Origin: Clostridiales bacterium UBA1742 | GTDB taxonomy: Bacteria > Bacillota > Clostridia > TANB77 > CAG-508 | NCBI GenBank assembly: GCA_002314935.1 | Contig: DCHW01000030.1 | Location: 258-64,257 of the forward strand | Direction: 5' to 3' | Length of the DNA stretch: 64,000 nucleotides | Shown here: positions 38,097 to 47,885 of the stretch, piece after piece | How the letters are laid out: each line of letters begins with the position of its first letter | Position numbering within the stretch: position 1 is the first letter of the stretch | Translations under genes and position numbers: made by a program | The notes under the pieces: model-generated | Databases searched by the model: none | The model's input: only the letters and a program-made list of their open reading frames with translations | Told to the model about the DNA's origin: nothing

Positions 38097-39005
38097 ATGA
38101 AGAAACAAAAGAAAAAAAATAGTACTGAAAAATCAATAAACCTTAATGAAGAATTAATTATTGGATTAACTCCCAAAAAACGCGAAAGTGTAAATACCAC
38201 CAAAAAGTCAAAGCCCAAAAATAAAACTCAATTAAAGAAAAAAAGTACAAGCTTAAGAAAAAAAACTAAGAAAAAACAAAATAAAAAGAATAATAAAATA
38301 GTTAAATGGATTATACTTATTATGCTTATTATTTTGTGTATAGTATTGTTTTTATTATCTAGTGTATTTAATATAAAACAAGTAGTTGTAAAAAATAACA
38401 ATAAAGTTTCTGACCAAGAAATTATAGAATTGTCAGGATTGAAAACAGATGAAAATATGTTTAAATTTTCAAATAATAAAATAAAAAAAGGAATATATAT
38501 AAATCCATATATAGAAGAAATAAAGATAACTAAAAAACTAAATGGCGTAGTAGAATTAGATGTAAAAGAAAGAGTGCCATCATATATGTTACAATATGCA
38601 GATACATACGCATATATTAATAATCAAGGATACATATTAGAATTATCAACAACGCCATTAGAAATTCCTGTTATTACTGGAATAAATACATTAGAAGAAA
38701 ATATTATTCCAGGGAAAAGACTTGAAAATGAAGATTTAAAAAAATTGGATGATGTAATAAAAATAATGTCAAATGCAAGTAGCTTAAAAATAGATACGCT
38801 AATAACTAATATAGATATTACAGATTCGAATTCTTATATTATTACAATGTCATCAGAACAAAAGATAATCCATTTTGGAGATGTAAGTAATATAAATGAG
38901 AAAATGCCTTGGATTTTAAAAATTATTGAAGAAGAAAAGGGTATAGAAGGGGAAATTTTTGTAAAAAATCCAGAAAAAAAAGCTTATTTTAGAGAAAAAG
39001 TATAA
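38097..39005 (+). CDS. ftsQ: Cell division protein FtsQ/DivIB
   Basis: Lys-rich cytoplasmic tail, a single TM, POTRA (FNIKQVVVKNNNKVSDQEIIELSGL) and an FtsQ beta domain. Conserved position downstream of murA. Confidence 0.75.
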   Translation: MKKQKKKNSTEKSINLNEELIIGLTPKKRESVNTTKKSKPKNKTQLKKKSTSLRKKTKKKQNKKNNKIVKWIILIMLIILCIVLFLLSSVFNIKQVVVKNNNKVSDQEIIELSGLKTDENMFKFSNNKIKKGIYINPYIEEIKITKKLNGVVELDVKERVPSYMLQYADTYAYINNQGYILELSTTPLEIPVITGINTLEENIIPGKRLENEDLKKLDDVIKIMSNASSLKIDTLITNIDITDSNSYIITMSSEQKIIHFGDVSNINEKMPWILKIIEEEKGIEGEIFVKNPEKKAYFREKV

Positions 39006-39017
39006 GGGGATAGTAAT

Positions 39018-39743
39018 ATGAAAAAAAGACAAATTGCTTTAACACTTGGAATAATGTTTTTTTTGCTAGTATTAGCAATATGTATTCAGACTAAAACTAT
39101 TGAGGAGGCAACAAATACAGTTGGAACCAAGTTACAAGATAATAGTGGTTTAAGGGATGAACTTTTAGAATGGCAAGCTAAATATCAAAGAGCTTATAAC
39201 CAATTGGAAACTTTGGAATCTGAACTAGAAAACACAAGGAAAATGGCGGCAGCAGATGATGAAACTGATTCTAAAAATGAAATAGAATTAAAAGAGAATA
39301 AAAAATATTTAGGTAGAACTGAAGTTAAAGGAAATGGAATTGTAATAGAATTAGATGATAATAGGGATGTTAACACTGAACAAGTACTAAATATAAGCAG
39401 TTTACTAGTACATGAAGAGGACCTATTACAAATTGTTACAGAATTATTTAATGCAGGTGCGGATGCTGTTTCAATAAATGGACAAAGAATTGTAAGTATT
39501 ACGTCAATATTATGTGACGGAAATATTATAAGAATAAATGGAGAAAAAACAGGAGTTCCAATAAAAATAAGTGCAATAGGATATCCAGAAAGATTATATT
39601 ATGCATTAGTTAGACCAGGAGGATATTTAGAATTAATGGCACAAGATGGCGTAAAAGTTAAAGCAGAGAAGAAAGATGACATTATAATTCCAAAATATGA
39701 AGGGGTATATAGCACTTCTTATATAGAAAGGAGTGATGTATAA
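39018..39743 (+). CDS. DUF881-domain division/sporulation-cluster protein
   Basis: N-terminal TM, coiled coil, GNGIVIELDD and LFNAGADAVSINGQRIVS.TSI.C.GN.I.ING. Confidence 0.7.
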   Translation: MKKRQIALTLGIMFFLLVLAICIQTKTIEEATNTVGTKLQDNSGLRDELLEWQAKYQRAYNQLETLESELENTRKMAAADDETDSKNEIELKENKKYLGRTEVKGNGIVIELDDNRDVNTEQVLNISSLLVHEEDLLQIVTELFNAGADAVSINGQRIVSITSILCDGNIIRINGEKTGVPIKISAIGYPERLYYALVRPGGYLELMAQDGVKVKAEKKDDIIIPKYEGVYSTSYIERSDV

Positions 39744-39745
39744 TT

Positions 39746-40447
39746 ATGAAAAAGGGAGAGTTAACAATTACAATTATAATTGGACTAGTATGTTTAATTT
39801 TTACGGCAGTAATTTTTGTACAGTTTAAAACAATTAATCAAACAGACATTACTTCTTTAGAAAATATGAGAGAGGATGAATTAAGAACTGAAATAAGCAC
39901 ATATAAACAAAAATATGAGGAAATTCAGGACAAAATAGATGAAACTAAATTAACTTTAGAGGAATACGAAGAAGCTTTAACTACTGATGAGAACACCTCT
40001 GCTTTAATTAGCCAAGAATTAGAAGAATCAAATAATTTAATTGGTAAAAATTCAGTTACTGGTTCGGGAGTTATAGTAACATTAACAGATACAAGGGCAC
40101 AAAAAATAATTGCAGAAGATATATTACTTTTATTAAATGAATTGAAAGCTGCTGGTGCAGAAGCTATTTCTATAAACAATCAAAGAATTGTATATAATTC
40201 TTATGTTGTAGATTTAGCAGATACTTATATAAGTGTAAATGGAGAAAGATTGGTTTCACCATATGTTGTAAAAGCAATTGGAAATCCAACTTATTTGGAA
40301 TCTGGATTATCTAAAAAACAATATGGATATATAGATACTAAATTAACAGAAGGAAAAGATATTGTTTTGGAGAGAAAAAATGACATAGTAATAAATGCAT
40401 ATAGTGGAAAGCTTGAATTTGAATATGTAAAGGAGGTAAATGAATAA
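39746..40447 (+). CDS. DUF881-domain protein (paralog)
   Basis: Same architecture: GSGVIVTLTD and LKAAGAEAISINNQRIV. Confidence 0.7.
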   Translation: MKKGELTITIIIGLVCLIFTAVIFVQFKTINQTDITSLENMREDELRTEISTYKQKYEEIQDKIDETKLTLEEYEEALTTDENTSALISQELEESNNLIGKNSVTGSGVIVTLTDTRAQKIIAEDILLLLNELKAAGAEAISINNQRIVYNSYVVDLADTYISVNGERLVSPYVVKAIGNPTYLESGLSKKQYGYIDTKLTEGKDIVLERKNDIVINAYSGKLEFEYVKEVNE

Positions 40448-40857
40448 TGATTTTAATAGCAATTATAATTGGATGTTTGTTAGGAGCTTTGATAGGTATT
40501 AATGCTCCAACTATATCATATACATACTCTGGATATTTAGCTATAGCAATAATAGCGGCACTTGATTCAGTGTTTGGAGGTATAACTTCAGTATTAAAGA
40601 AAAATTTTGATTTTAAGGTTTTTATATCTGGTTTTTTTGGAAATGCTATACTTGCAATGTTGTTAACTTGGTTAGGTGTAAAATTAAATGTAGATATATA
40701 TTTAGCAGCTGTTGTTGTTTTTGTTGGAAGAATGTTTACAAACCTTGCAATAATTCGTAGATATTATATTGATAAATGGTCAAATAAAAGAAAAGATGGT
40801 GTAATTAAAAATGAGAATGAGAAGAAAACCGTGGGTGAGAGAAGAACTAGCAAATAG
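40447..40857 (+). CDS. sbp: Small basic protein Sbp (DUF1290)
   Basis: 3-4 TM segments with ALDSVFGG and a basic tail. Typical position after the DUF881 pair. Its 3' end overlaps trmB by 47 nt. Confidence 0.65.
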   Translation: MILIAIIIGCLLGALIGINAPTISYTYSGYLAIAIIAALDSVFGGITSVLKKNFDFKVFISGFFGNAILAMLLTWLGVKLNVDIYLAAVVVFVGRMFTNLAIIRRYYIDKWSNKRKDGVIKNENEKKTVGERRTSK

Positions 40858-41470
40858 TGAATTTTTTATAGATGAGCCCACAAATAATATTGGTAAATGG
40901 AAAAAAAGTTTTAAAAAAGAACAGCCATTTCATTTAGAATTAGGGTGTGGAAAAGGTTCGTTTATTGCAAAAATTGCAAGTCAAAATGTAAATATAAACT
41001 ATTTAGGGATTGATATAAAAAGTGAAGTGTTAGGACTGGCAAAAAGAAATGTAGAGAAGGAATATGCAGAAAAGAATATTGAAATAGGGAATGTTCTTTT
41101 AACTGCATATGAAATTGAGATAATTCAAAACATACTAAATGAAAAAGATAAGGTTGATAGAATATATATTAATTTTTGTAATCCATGGCCAAAACATAGA
41201 CACAATAAGAAGAGATTAACACATACTAAACAATTAGAAAAATATAAAGTTTTCCTAAAAAAAGGTGGAGAAATATATTTTAAAACAGATGATTTAGAAT
41301 TATTTGAAGCCACTAAAATTTATTTGAATGAAGCAGGATTTGTAATAAATAAACAAACATATAATTTGCGTAAAGAACCAATATGGGATAATAATATAGA
41401 AACCGAACATGAAAAAATGTTTGAAAATCAAGGTATACAAACTAAAGCTTTAATAGCAAAATTAAAATAA
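40811..41470 (+). CDS. trmB: tRNA (guanine-N7)-methyltransferase
   Basis: MRMRRKPWV, LELGCGKGSF and NFCNPWPKHRHNKKRL are canonical TrmB motifs. Confidence 0.9.
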   Translation: MRMRRKPWVREELANSEFFIDEPTNNIGKWKKSFKKEQPFHLELGCGKGSFIAKIASQNVNINYLGIDIKSEVLGLAKRNVEKEYAEKNIEIGNVLLTAYEIEIIQNILNEKDKVDRIYINFCNPWPKHRHNKKRLTHTKQLEKYKVFLKKGGEIYFKTDDLELFEATKIYLNEAGFVINKQTYNLRKEPIWDNNIETEHEKMFENQGIQTKALIAKLK

Positions 41471-41484
41471 ATATATTTAAAATA

Positions 41485-41511
41485 AAAAATCCGGTTTGAG
41501 CCGGATTTTTT
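41485..41511. terminator. Bidirectional terminator
   Basis: aaaaatccgg-tttgag-ccggattttt lies between convergent genes. Confidence 0.75.
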
Positions 41512-41530
41512 ATTAATATAATGTTTATTT

Positions 41531-42829
41531 TTAATATTTTTTTGTTATACTTATTGGGTTATCTATAGTTCCAGATTCATTACCAAAAGAGTAAGAATCC
41601 AAATCTAGTATAACTATTGGACGAAGGTAAGCTGAGTCATCACTATATCCCCAATTAAATGTATTATATCCTTGACCAGGATAAATTGAATCTTCTATAA
41701 CAAACATAAGACCAAATTCTATAACATTAGTATTATTACTTTGAGAAACTGATCTAGTAGAAAGAAAATAATCTGATTGTTCAAGTTCAAGAGTGTCTTT
41801 AATAATATCATTTTCAAAATTCATTACAAATAAACCAAAAGCGTTACCAGAAGGACAATAATTTATTGTTATTGGACCAGTTATATTAGTTAAATTATTA
41901 CCTGAATATAAACTATCAAATTCATCACTTTGTCCTTTAGTACCTGTTGCAACGCCATTATTCATACATCCTGATTCTAATAAAAAGCTAGATGGAACTC
42001 TTATACTTGTTTTTCCTTCTGGAAGCGTATAAGAAAAACTATTCATGTCATCAGCATTGGTAACAATCTTTTTTATATCTTCAAAATTAATATTTCTTAC
42101 TGTAATTCCTTGAGTATAATCTAAATTACTATAATGATATCTGCAAATATCATTAATGATATTAACACCGTTGTTATAGTTATTTCCTGTACCATCTTTA
42201 GTAAACGTTAACTTATCAGTTGTTCGTTTGTTGCTTATTAAAGCAATTGATGAATTTGTAGTATATAGGATTCTCCATTTCATATCAGTAGTTTGTGCAA
42301 AATTAACACCATTTTTTATATATTTTGCAGAGCTATCAATAACATAGTTATCAGCTATATCATATGTATAATCAACGTAATTTCCAACTTCGGTGTTAGG
42401 TACGATACCATCTTCGGTGTTAGTTACGATACCATAAGGAAATTTATTATTATTAGGAGAAATAAAACTTAGTGAGTCTTCATCCCAGTACCATTTAGCA
42501 GATTCGGTTTCTTTGATATTGCATCTTTTATTTAGATTTTTAGCAACAGCAAGTGTATCAACTTCTTTGCTATGTGTTAATGTTTCAAATGCGTCATCTC
42601 CAGACAATTCTTCAAGAAGTATTTGGTATTCTGATGAATAAGTTGTTTGAGAAGATGTATTACTTGCTTTTTGGAATATGCCATTATTAGAAATGAATAA
42701 TACACTTACAGAAAGAAGTATTAACATTATAATTATTATAATTACTAATGATACAAGTGTAATCCCTTTGCTGGAATATTTTTTAGATTTTAAATTGTTT
42801 ATATTTTGCAATTCATATCTTTTGTTCAT
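41531..42829 (-). CDS. Secreted or anchored protein with a pilin-like N-terminus
   Basis: KGITLVSLVIIIIIMLILLSV resembles a prepilin cleavage/methylation leader (G/FTL.E) but has Ser where Glu5 is expected. The rest is Asn/Ser/Thr-rich and looks extracellular. Confidence 0.5.
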   Translation of the reverse strand: MNKRYELQNINNLKSKKYSSKGITLVSLVIIIIIMLILLSVSVLFISNNGIFQKASNTSSQTTYSSEYQILLEELSGDDAFETLTHSKEVDTLAVAKNLNKRCNIKETESAKWYWDEDSLSFISPNNNKFPYGIVTNTEDGIVPNTEVGNYVDYTYDIADNYVIDSSAKYIKNGVNFAQTTDMKWRILYTTNSSIALISNKRTTDKLTFTKDGTGNNYNNGVNIINDICRYHYSNLDYTQGITVRNINFEDIKKIVTNADDMNSFSYTLPEGKTSIRVPSSFLLESGCMNNGVATGTKGQSDEFDSLYSGNNLTNITGPITINYCPSGNAFGLFVMNFENDIIKDTLELEQSDYFLSTRSVSQSNNTNVIEFGLMFVIEDSIYPGQGYNTFNWGYSDDSAYLRPIVILDLDSYSFGNESGTIDNPISITKKY

Positions 42830-42853
42830 TATAATACCTCCATATTATAAATT

Positions 42854-45262
42854 TTATTTTACAACAATATTATAAATTTTATTTTTTACATAAATTTCTT
42901 TTATAATTGTTTTATCTTTCAAGAAATTTGAAACTTCTTTTTTAGCTAATTCTTTAATAGTTTGTTCATCAGTATTTAAAGAAATATCAATGACAGCTTT
43001 TACTTTACCATTTATTTGAACTGGTATTTTTAGAGTAGAGTCTATTGTTTTGGATTCGTCATAAATTGGCCAAGTTGATGTACAAATTGGAGAATATCCT
43101 AATTCTTCGTTTAATTCTTCAGTAATATGTGGTGCGATTGGGTTAAGTAATGTTAATAATAAATGATAATCTTCTTTTGTAATATTATCTTTATCATCAT
43201 AATTATTAGCTAAAATCATTAAAGCAGAAACAGCGGTATTATATGCCATTGTTGTTAAATCATTTTGTACTTTTTTAATTGTTTTATTTATTATAGATTC
43301 AAGGTCTTTTGAATAATTATTACCATCTATAATTTTATCTTTTAGACGTATAACTTTATCTATAAAGCGTTTGCATCCTTTTAAAGAATCAGTACTCCAT
43401 GGTGCATCTCCAGTGTAATCTCCCATAAACATTTCATAAAGTCTTAATGTATCTGCTCCATATTCATCAATAATATCATCAGGATTTATTACATTTCCTT
43501 TTGATTTACTCATTTTTTCGTTGTTACTTCCTAAAACCATACCATGACTAACTCTTGTCCATATCATTTCTTTTTTAGGAACAAGTCCAATATTATATAA
43601 AAATTGAACCCAAAATCTTGCATATAATAAATGTCTTGCTGTATGTTCCATACCACCATTATACCAATCGACTCTGTTCCAATATTTCATAGCATCCATT
43701 GAAGCAAATTCTTTATCATTATGTGGATCCATAAATCTTAAGAAATACCAGCTAGAGCCCGCCCAGTTTGGCATAGTGTCTGTTTCTCGTTTTGCCTTAC
43801 CTCCACAATGAGGGCAAGTTGTATTTACCCAATTTTCTATATTGGCAAGAGGACTTTCTCCGTTTTCTGTAGGTTCATATTCAGCAACATCAGGTAATAA
43901 TAAAGGTAAATCTTCTTCTTTAAGTGGTTGCCATCCACATTTTTCACAATATACCATTGGAATTGGTTCTCCCCAAAATCTTTGTCTAGAAAATACCCAA
44001 TCTCTCATTTTATAATTATTAACTCTTCTAGCGATTCCTTCGTTTTCTAATTTTGTTGTTATTGCTTCTTTGGCATTTTCTACGGTCATACCAGTAAATT
44101 CTTCAGAATTAATTAATTTACAGCCTTTATTTAAATAATCTTGTTTTTCAAAAGCACAAGTGTTGGTATCTCTTCCATCAATAACTTGAAGCATTTCAAG
44201 ATTATGTTCTTGAGCATATTCATAATCTCTTTGATCATGACTTGGGACCGCCATAACACATCCTGTTCCGTAGTCACCTAAAACAAAATCACCAAGGAAA
44301 ATTGGAACTTCTTTGCCATTAATAGGGTTAATAGCCATAACTCCTTCAAGTTTACATCCGGTTTTACCTTTGTTTAATTCAGTTCTATCCATGTTTGATT
44401 TTTTAGCAGTTTCTTCTATATATTTATTAACTTCTTCTTTGTTTTTAATTCTAGGCATTAATTCTTTAATTAATTTTCCATCAGGTGCAATAACAAAAAA
44501 AGTAATACCATAAACTGTTTCTATACATGTTGTAAATATAGAAAATTTACCACCATCAACAATATTAACATCTAATTCAACACCTGTAGATTTACCAATC
44601 CAGTTAATTTGACCTAGTTTAACTCTATCTGCAAAATTAGTGTCATCTAATCCTGTTAATAAATCTTCTGCATAATCGCTCATCCTAAGCATCCATTGAG
44701 ATTTTTCTTTTTGAACAACAGTTGTACCACATCTTTCACAAACTCCACCAGCTGCATCCTCATTAGATAAAACTGATTTACAGGTTGGACACCAATTAAC
44801 AGGAATTGTATCTTTGTATGCCATATTATGTTTGTAAAATTGTAAAAATTGCCATTGCGTCCATTTATAATAGTCGGGATCCGTAGTAGAAAACTCTCTT
44901 GACCAGTCAAAAGAAAAACCTAAATTTTTCATTTGTCCTTTAAATGTTTTTATATTTTCTTTTACTGCATCTTTTGGATGTATATGATTTTTTATAGCAT
45001 ATTGTTCTGCAGGTGCACCAAATGCATCCCAGCCCATTGGGTATAAAACATTGTAACCTTGCATTCTTTTCATTCTAGCTAGTGCATCTTGAGCAGTATA
45101 GCTTCTAACATGTCCAACATGAAGGCCACTTCCAGAAGGATATGGAAATTCAACTAAAATATAATAAGGGTCTTTTTTATCACCTGTATTAGATTTAAAA
45201 GTTTCATTTTCATCCCAATAATTTTGCCATTTTTTTTCTATTTCGTTATGATTATAATCCAT
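42854..45262 (-). CDS. leuS: Leucine--tRNA ligase
   Basis: 802 aa with HVGH (PSGSGLHVGHVRSY), KMSKS, and a CP1 editing domain with a zinc-finger CPTC..CERCG. Confidence 0.95.
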   Translation of the reverse strand: MDYNHNEIEKKWQNYWDENETFKSNTGDKKDPYYILVEFPYPSGSGLHVGHVRSYTAQDALARMKRMQGYNVLYPMGWDAFGAPAEQYAIKNHIHPKDAVKENIKTFKGQMKNLGFSFDWSREFSTTDPDYYKWTQWQFLQFYKHNMAYKDTIPVNWCPTCKSVLSNEDAAGGVCERCGTTVVQKEKSQWMLRMSDYAEDLLTGLDDTNFADRVKLGQINWIGKSTGVELDVNIVDGGKFSIFTTCIETVYGITFFVIAPDGKLIKELMPRIKNKEEVNKYIEETAKKSNMDRTELNKGKTGCKLEGVMAINPINGKEVPIFLGDFVLGDYGTGCVMAVPSHDQRDYEYAQEHNLEMLQVIDGRDTNTCAFEKQDYLNKGCKLINSEEFTGMTVENAKEAITTKLENEGIARRVNNYKMRDWVFSRQRFWGEPIPMVYCEKCGWQPLKEEDLPLLLPDVAEYEPTENGESPLANIENWVNTTCPHCGGKAKRETDTMPNWAGSSWYFLRFMDPHNDKEFASMDAMKYWNRVDWYNGGMEHTARHLLYARFWVQFLYNIGLVPKKEMIWTRVSHGMVLGSNNEKMSKSKGNVINPDDIIDEYGADTLRLYEMFMGDYTGDAPWSTDSLKGCKRFIDKVIRLKDKIIDGNNYSKDLESIINKTIKKVQNDLTTMAYNTAVSALMILANNYDDKDNITKEDYHLLLTLLNPIAPHITEELNEELGYSPICTSTWPIYDESKTIDSTLKIPVQINGKVKAVIDISLNTDEQTIKELAKKEVSNFLKDKTIIKEIYVKNKIYNIVVK

Positions 45263-45400
45263 AAATTGTCCTCTCCTTATTTAATTATAAAATTTTATCA
45301 AATTATATAACAAAAAATGTATAAAATAAAGTAAAAACTATTATTTTTTATAAATATTTGATATAATGAGGATGAAAATTATAAGAAAGAAGGAAAACAA

Positions 45401-46150
45401 ATGAAAGCATTAATAACAGGTGCATCATCAGGGATAGGCAAAGAAATGTCAATATATTTGTCAAAACAAGGAATTGATTTAGTATTAGTTGGAAGAGATG
45501 AAAACAAACTCAAAAGTGTTCAAAACATGATAAAAACAGATGTGAATGTAGATATAATAGTGATGGATTTAAGTATAGGAGAAAATTGCGTAGAAGTATT
45601 TAATAAAATACCAGATATAGATATATTAATAAATAATGCTGGTTTTGGAACTTGTGGAAACATTACGGAAACAGATATTTTAACGGAAATGAATATGATT
45701 AATACAAATATATGTGCAGTGCATATGTTAACTAAATTATATTTAAAAAGAATGAATGAAAAAAATAGTGGATATATTTTAAATGTTGCTTCAATTGCAG
45801 CTTTTATGCCAGGACCGCTTATGGCAACATATTATTCAACTAAATCTTATGTATATAGATTTACAGAAAGTATTTATGAAGAACTAAATAAAATGGGATC
45901 AAAAGTTTCAATTAGTTGTTTATGTCCTGGACCTATAAAAACTAATTTTTTGGATACTGCAAATGTAAAATTTAAAGTTAAATTGATGAGCAGTGAATAT
46001 GTAGCTAAATATGCGATAGATAAAATGTTTAAGAAAAAAAGAATTATTGTGCCAGGAATTCAAAATAAAGCTGTAAGATTTTTAAGCAAATTATTTCCTG
46101 ATAGAATAACTGCTAAAATAATATATGGAATGCAAGAACAAAAAATGTAG
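45401..46150 (+). CDS. SDR-family oxidoreductase
   Basis: TGASSGIGKE, NNAG and YSTKSYV (YxxxK). The stop codon TAG (46148-46150) lies inside repeat unit 1 of the downstream hairpin repeats. Confidence 0.85.
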   Translation: MKALITGASSGIGKEMSIYLSKQGIDLVLVGRDENKLKSVQNMIKTDVNVDIIVMDLSIGENCVEVFNKIPDIDILINNAGFGTCGNITETDILTEMNMINTNICAVHMLTKLYLKRMNEKNSGYILNVASIAAFMPGPLMATYYSTKSYVYRFTESIYEELNKMGSKVSISCLCPGPIKTNFLDTANVKFKVKLMSSEYVAKYAIDKMFKKKRIIVPGIQNKAVRFLSKLFPDRITAKIIYGMQEQKM

Positions 46151-46230
46151 ATGTGATTTTAATCACACAAAAAAATGTAGGGACAATTTTAATCACACAA
46201 AAAAATGTAGGGGCGATTTTAATCGCCCGT
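46145..46230 (+). repeat. Three tandem 30-nt units of the REP-like hairpin family (two degenerate, one canonical)
   Basis: Unit 1: atgtagatgtgattttaatcacacaaaaaa. Unit 2: atgtagggacaattttaatcacacaaaaaa. Unit 3: atgtaggggcgattttaatcgcccgt. Confidence 0.85.
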
Positions 46231-46244
46231 AGGGAGGCAAAAGA

Positions 46245-47093
46245 ATGAAAATAGGATTAGCTTTATCTGGTGGTGGAGTTAGAGGCGCAGCTCAAATAGG
46301 AGCAATAAAAGCATTACAAGAGAATAATATAAAAATAGATGTTATTTCAGGAACTTCTGCGGGAAGTATAGTTGCAGCATTATATTGTATGGGCTATACT
46401 ACAGAAGAAATGTTAAATTTATTTAATTATTTTGCTAAGGAAACTATGGGGATAGGTCCCAAAAATATATATGATGGAATAAAAGAAAAACATGGAATTT
46501 TACTCGGAGGAATAACATCAAGTTTAAATATAGAAAAAGCAATAACAGAAGTTGCTAGATTAAAAGGGTTAAAAAATATAAAAGATATAAAAATGCCAAT
46601 ATCAATACCTGCAACAGATCTTGTACAAAATAAAGAAATAGTATTTACAAACAATCAAGCAGCAGAGGGAGACTATTACATAAAAGATATTGAAATAGGA
46701 AAAGCAGTAAGAGCAAGTTCAACATTTCCGTGTATGTATAGTCCTTTTGAATATCAGGGATATCAATTTGTAGATGGAGGAGTTTTTGATAATTTACCAT
46801 CTATAGAAGCTAGATATTTAGGCGCTGATAAAATATTATCAATTAAATTTAGCTTAAAGCCACATAAAAATGAAAAAACGATATATAATATTGCTATGCA
46901 GTCTTTAGATTTAATGACAGAAAATTTAATAAGGCCATCTATAAAAGAAAGCGATTATGTTTTGGATATTGATGTAAAAGATGCAAAACCATTTAGTATT
47001 AAAAAAATCAATTTTTGTTATGAAGAAGGATATAGGCAAACTTTGCTTCAAATTGATAAAATAAAAAATGTATTAGAATGTAATGACAATTAA
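46245..47093 (+). CDS. Patatin-like phospholipase
   Basis: LSGGGVRGAAQIGA (oxyanion), GTSAGS (GxSxG) and DGGVFDN (catalytic Asp). Confidence 0.85.
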   Translation: MKIGLALSGGGVRGAAQIGAIKALQENNIKIDVISGTSAGSIVAALYCMGYTTEEMLNLFNYFAKETMGIGPKNIYDGIKEKHGILLGGITSSLNIEKAITEVARLKGLKNIKDIKMPISIPATDLVQNKEIVFTNNQAAEGDYYIKDIEIGKAVRASSTFPCMYSPFEYQGYQFVDGGVFDNLPSIEARYLGADKILSIKFSLKPHKNEKTIYNIAMQSLDLMTENLIRPSIKESDYVLDIDVKDAKPFSIKKINFCYEEGYRQTLLQIDKIKNVLECNDN

Positions 47094-47160
47094 AATTATA
47101 TTATAGTGTAAAAATTAATGGTTAGTATTTTGATAGAATATCAAAGAAGGAGGCAAAATA

Positions 47161-47382
47161 ATGTATATTGTATCTATAAAAGTAATGGAAAGGGCTAATG
47201 AAGCAACTAATCTTCAAACAATTTTAACAAAGTATGGTAATAACATAGAAACAAGAATAGGAATTAATACTTTAGATGAACATGGTTTAATAATAATTGT
47301 ATATAATAATGAAAATATAGAAGAGTTTATTACTGAAATAAATAAACTTGATAATGTAAAAACAAACTATATGAAAGCGTAA
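47161..47382 (+). CDS. Small ACT/NikR-C-like protein (TM1266-family putative iron-only hydrogenase system regulator)
   Basis: The 73-aa pattern I.V.ER..A..L..IL..YG..I..R.G......G.I.IV fits that family from memory. No hyd genes are adjacent. Confidence 0.4.
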   Translation: MYIVSIKVMERANEATNLQTILTKYGNNIETRIGINTLDEHGLIIIVYNNENIEEFITEINKLDNVKTNYMKA

Positions 47383-47406
47383 AAACACTACGGAATTAAG
47401 GAATAT

Positions 47407-47441
47407 AAAAAACATCTTTTTTAATTAAAAGATGTTTTTTT
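47407..47441 (+). terminator. Rho-independent terminator
   Basis: aaaaaacatctttt-ttaatt-aaaagatgttttttt. Confidence 0.75.
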
Positions 47442-47885
47442 GTATAATAATTGGGAAGCTGGATGAAGTTTGATTGTAAAGTAATTTGTACAATGTGGTG
47501 AAGTGGCTTTTACAAAATTAAATAAATAATAGTAAAATATAGAATTAATCTAGATTTTTCAACAAATAATTAAAATAAAATTACTAAAATCCCTTGAAAA
47601 AGTTTACATAAACGTATATAATATAATATGTTAATAAGTATAATTACGTGGTTTATGCATAATTATAAAATGTCATAAAAATGTAATTTTTTAAATTTAT
47701 TCTTTTACAAATGTGTTTCCGTAAACAAATTTCCAAAAGGATGTTGAAACAACTGAAATTACAGCATATATTGATATTGACAATATAAGATAAAAATGTA
47801 AAAATAATGCTATATAATTGTATAATTTTACAAATTATATTAATTATATATATTAAATAAGAAGAGTTTAGTAGGAGGAACTATC

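Noticed and set aside
40811-40857. 47-nt overlap of sbp and trmB as a sign of a frameshift
   Set aside because: Both proteins look complete: the TrmB MRMRRKPWV start is canonical, and Sbp has a basic tail. The overlap is plausibly genuine or reflects a slightly earlier sbp end, and there is no evidence of disruption.
45263-45400. T-box leader for leuS
   Set aside because: Only 138 nt separate leuS from the divergent SDR gene. The spacer is almost pure A/T, with no stem-loops or T-box sequence.
46145-46230. Possible CRISPR array (regularly spaced repeats of about 30 nt)
   Set aside because: The units abut head to tail with no unique spacers. There are only three copies, and two of them are degenerate. 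The same core occurs singly at other loci, and no cas genes are present. This is a REP-like repeat, not a CRISPR array.
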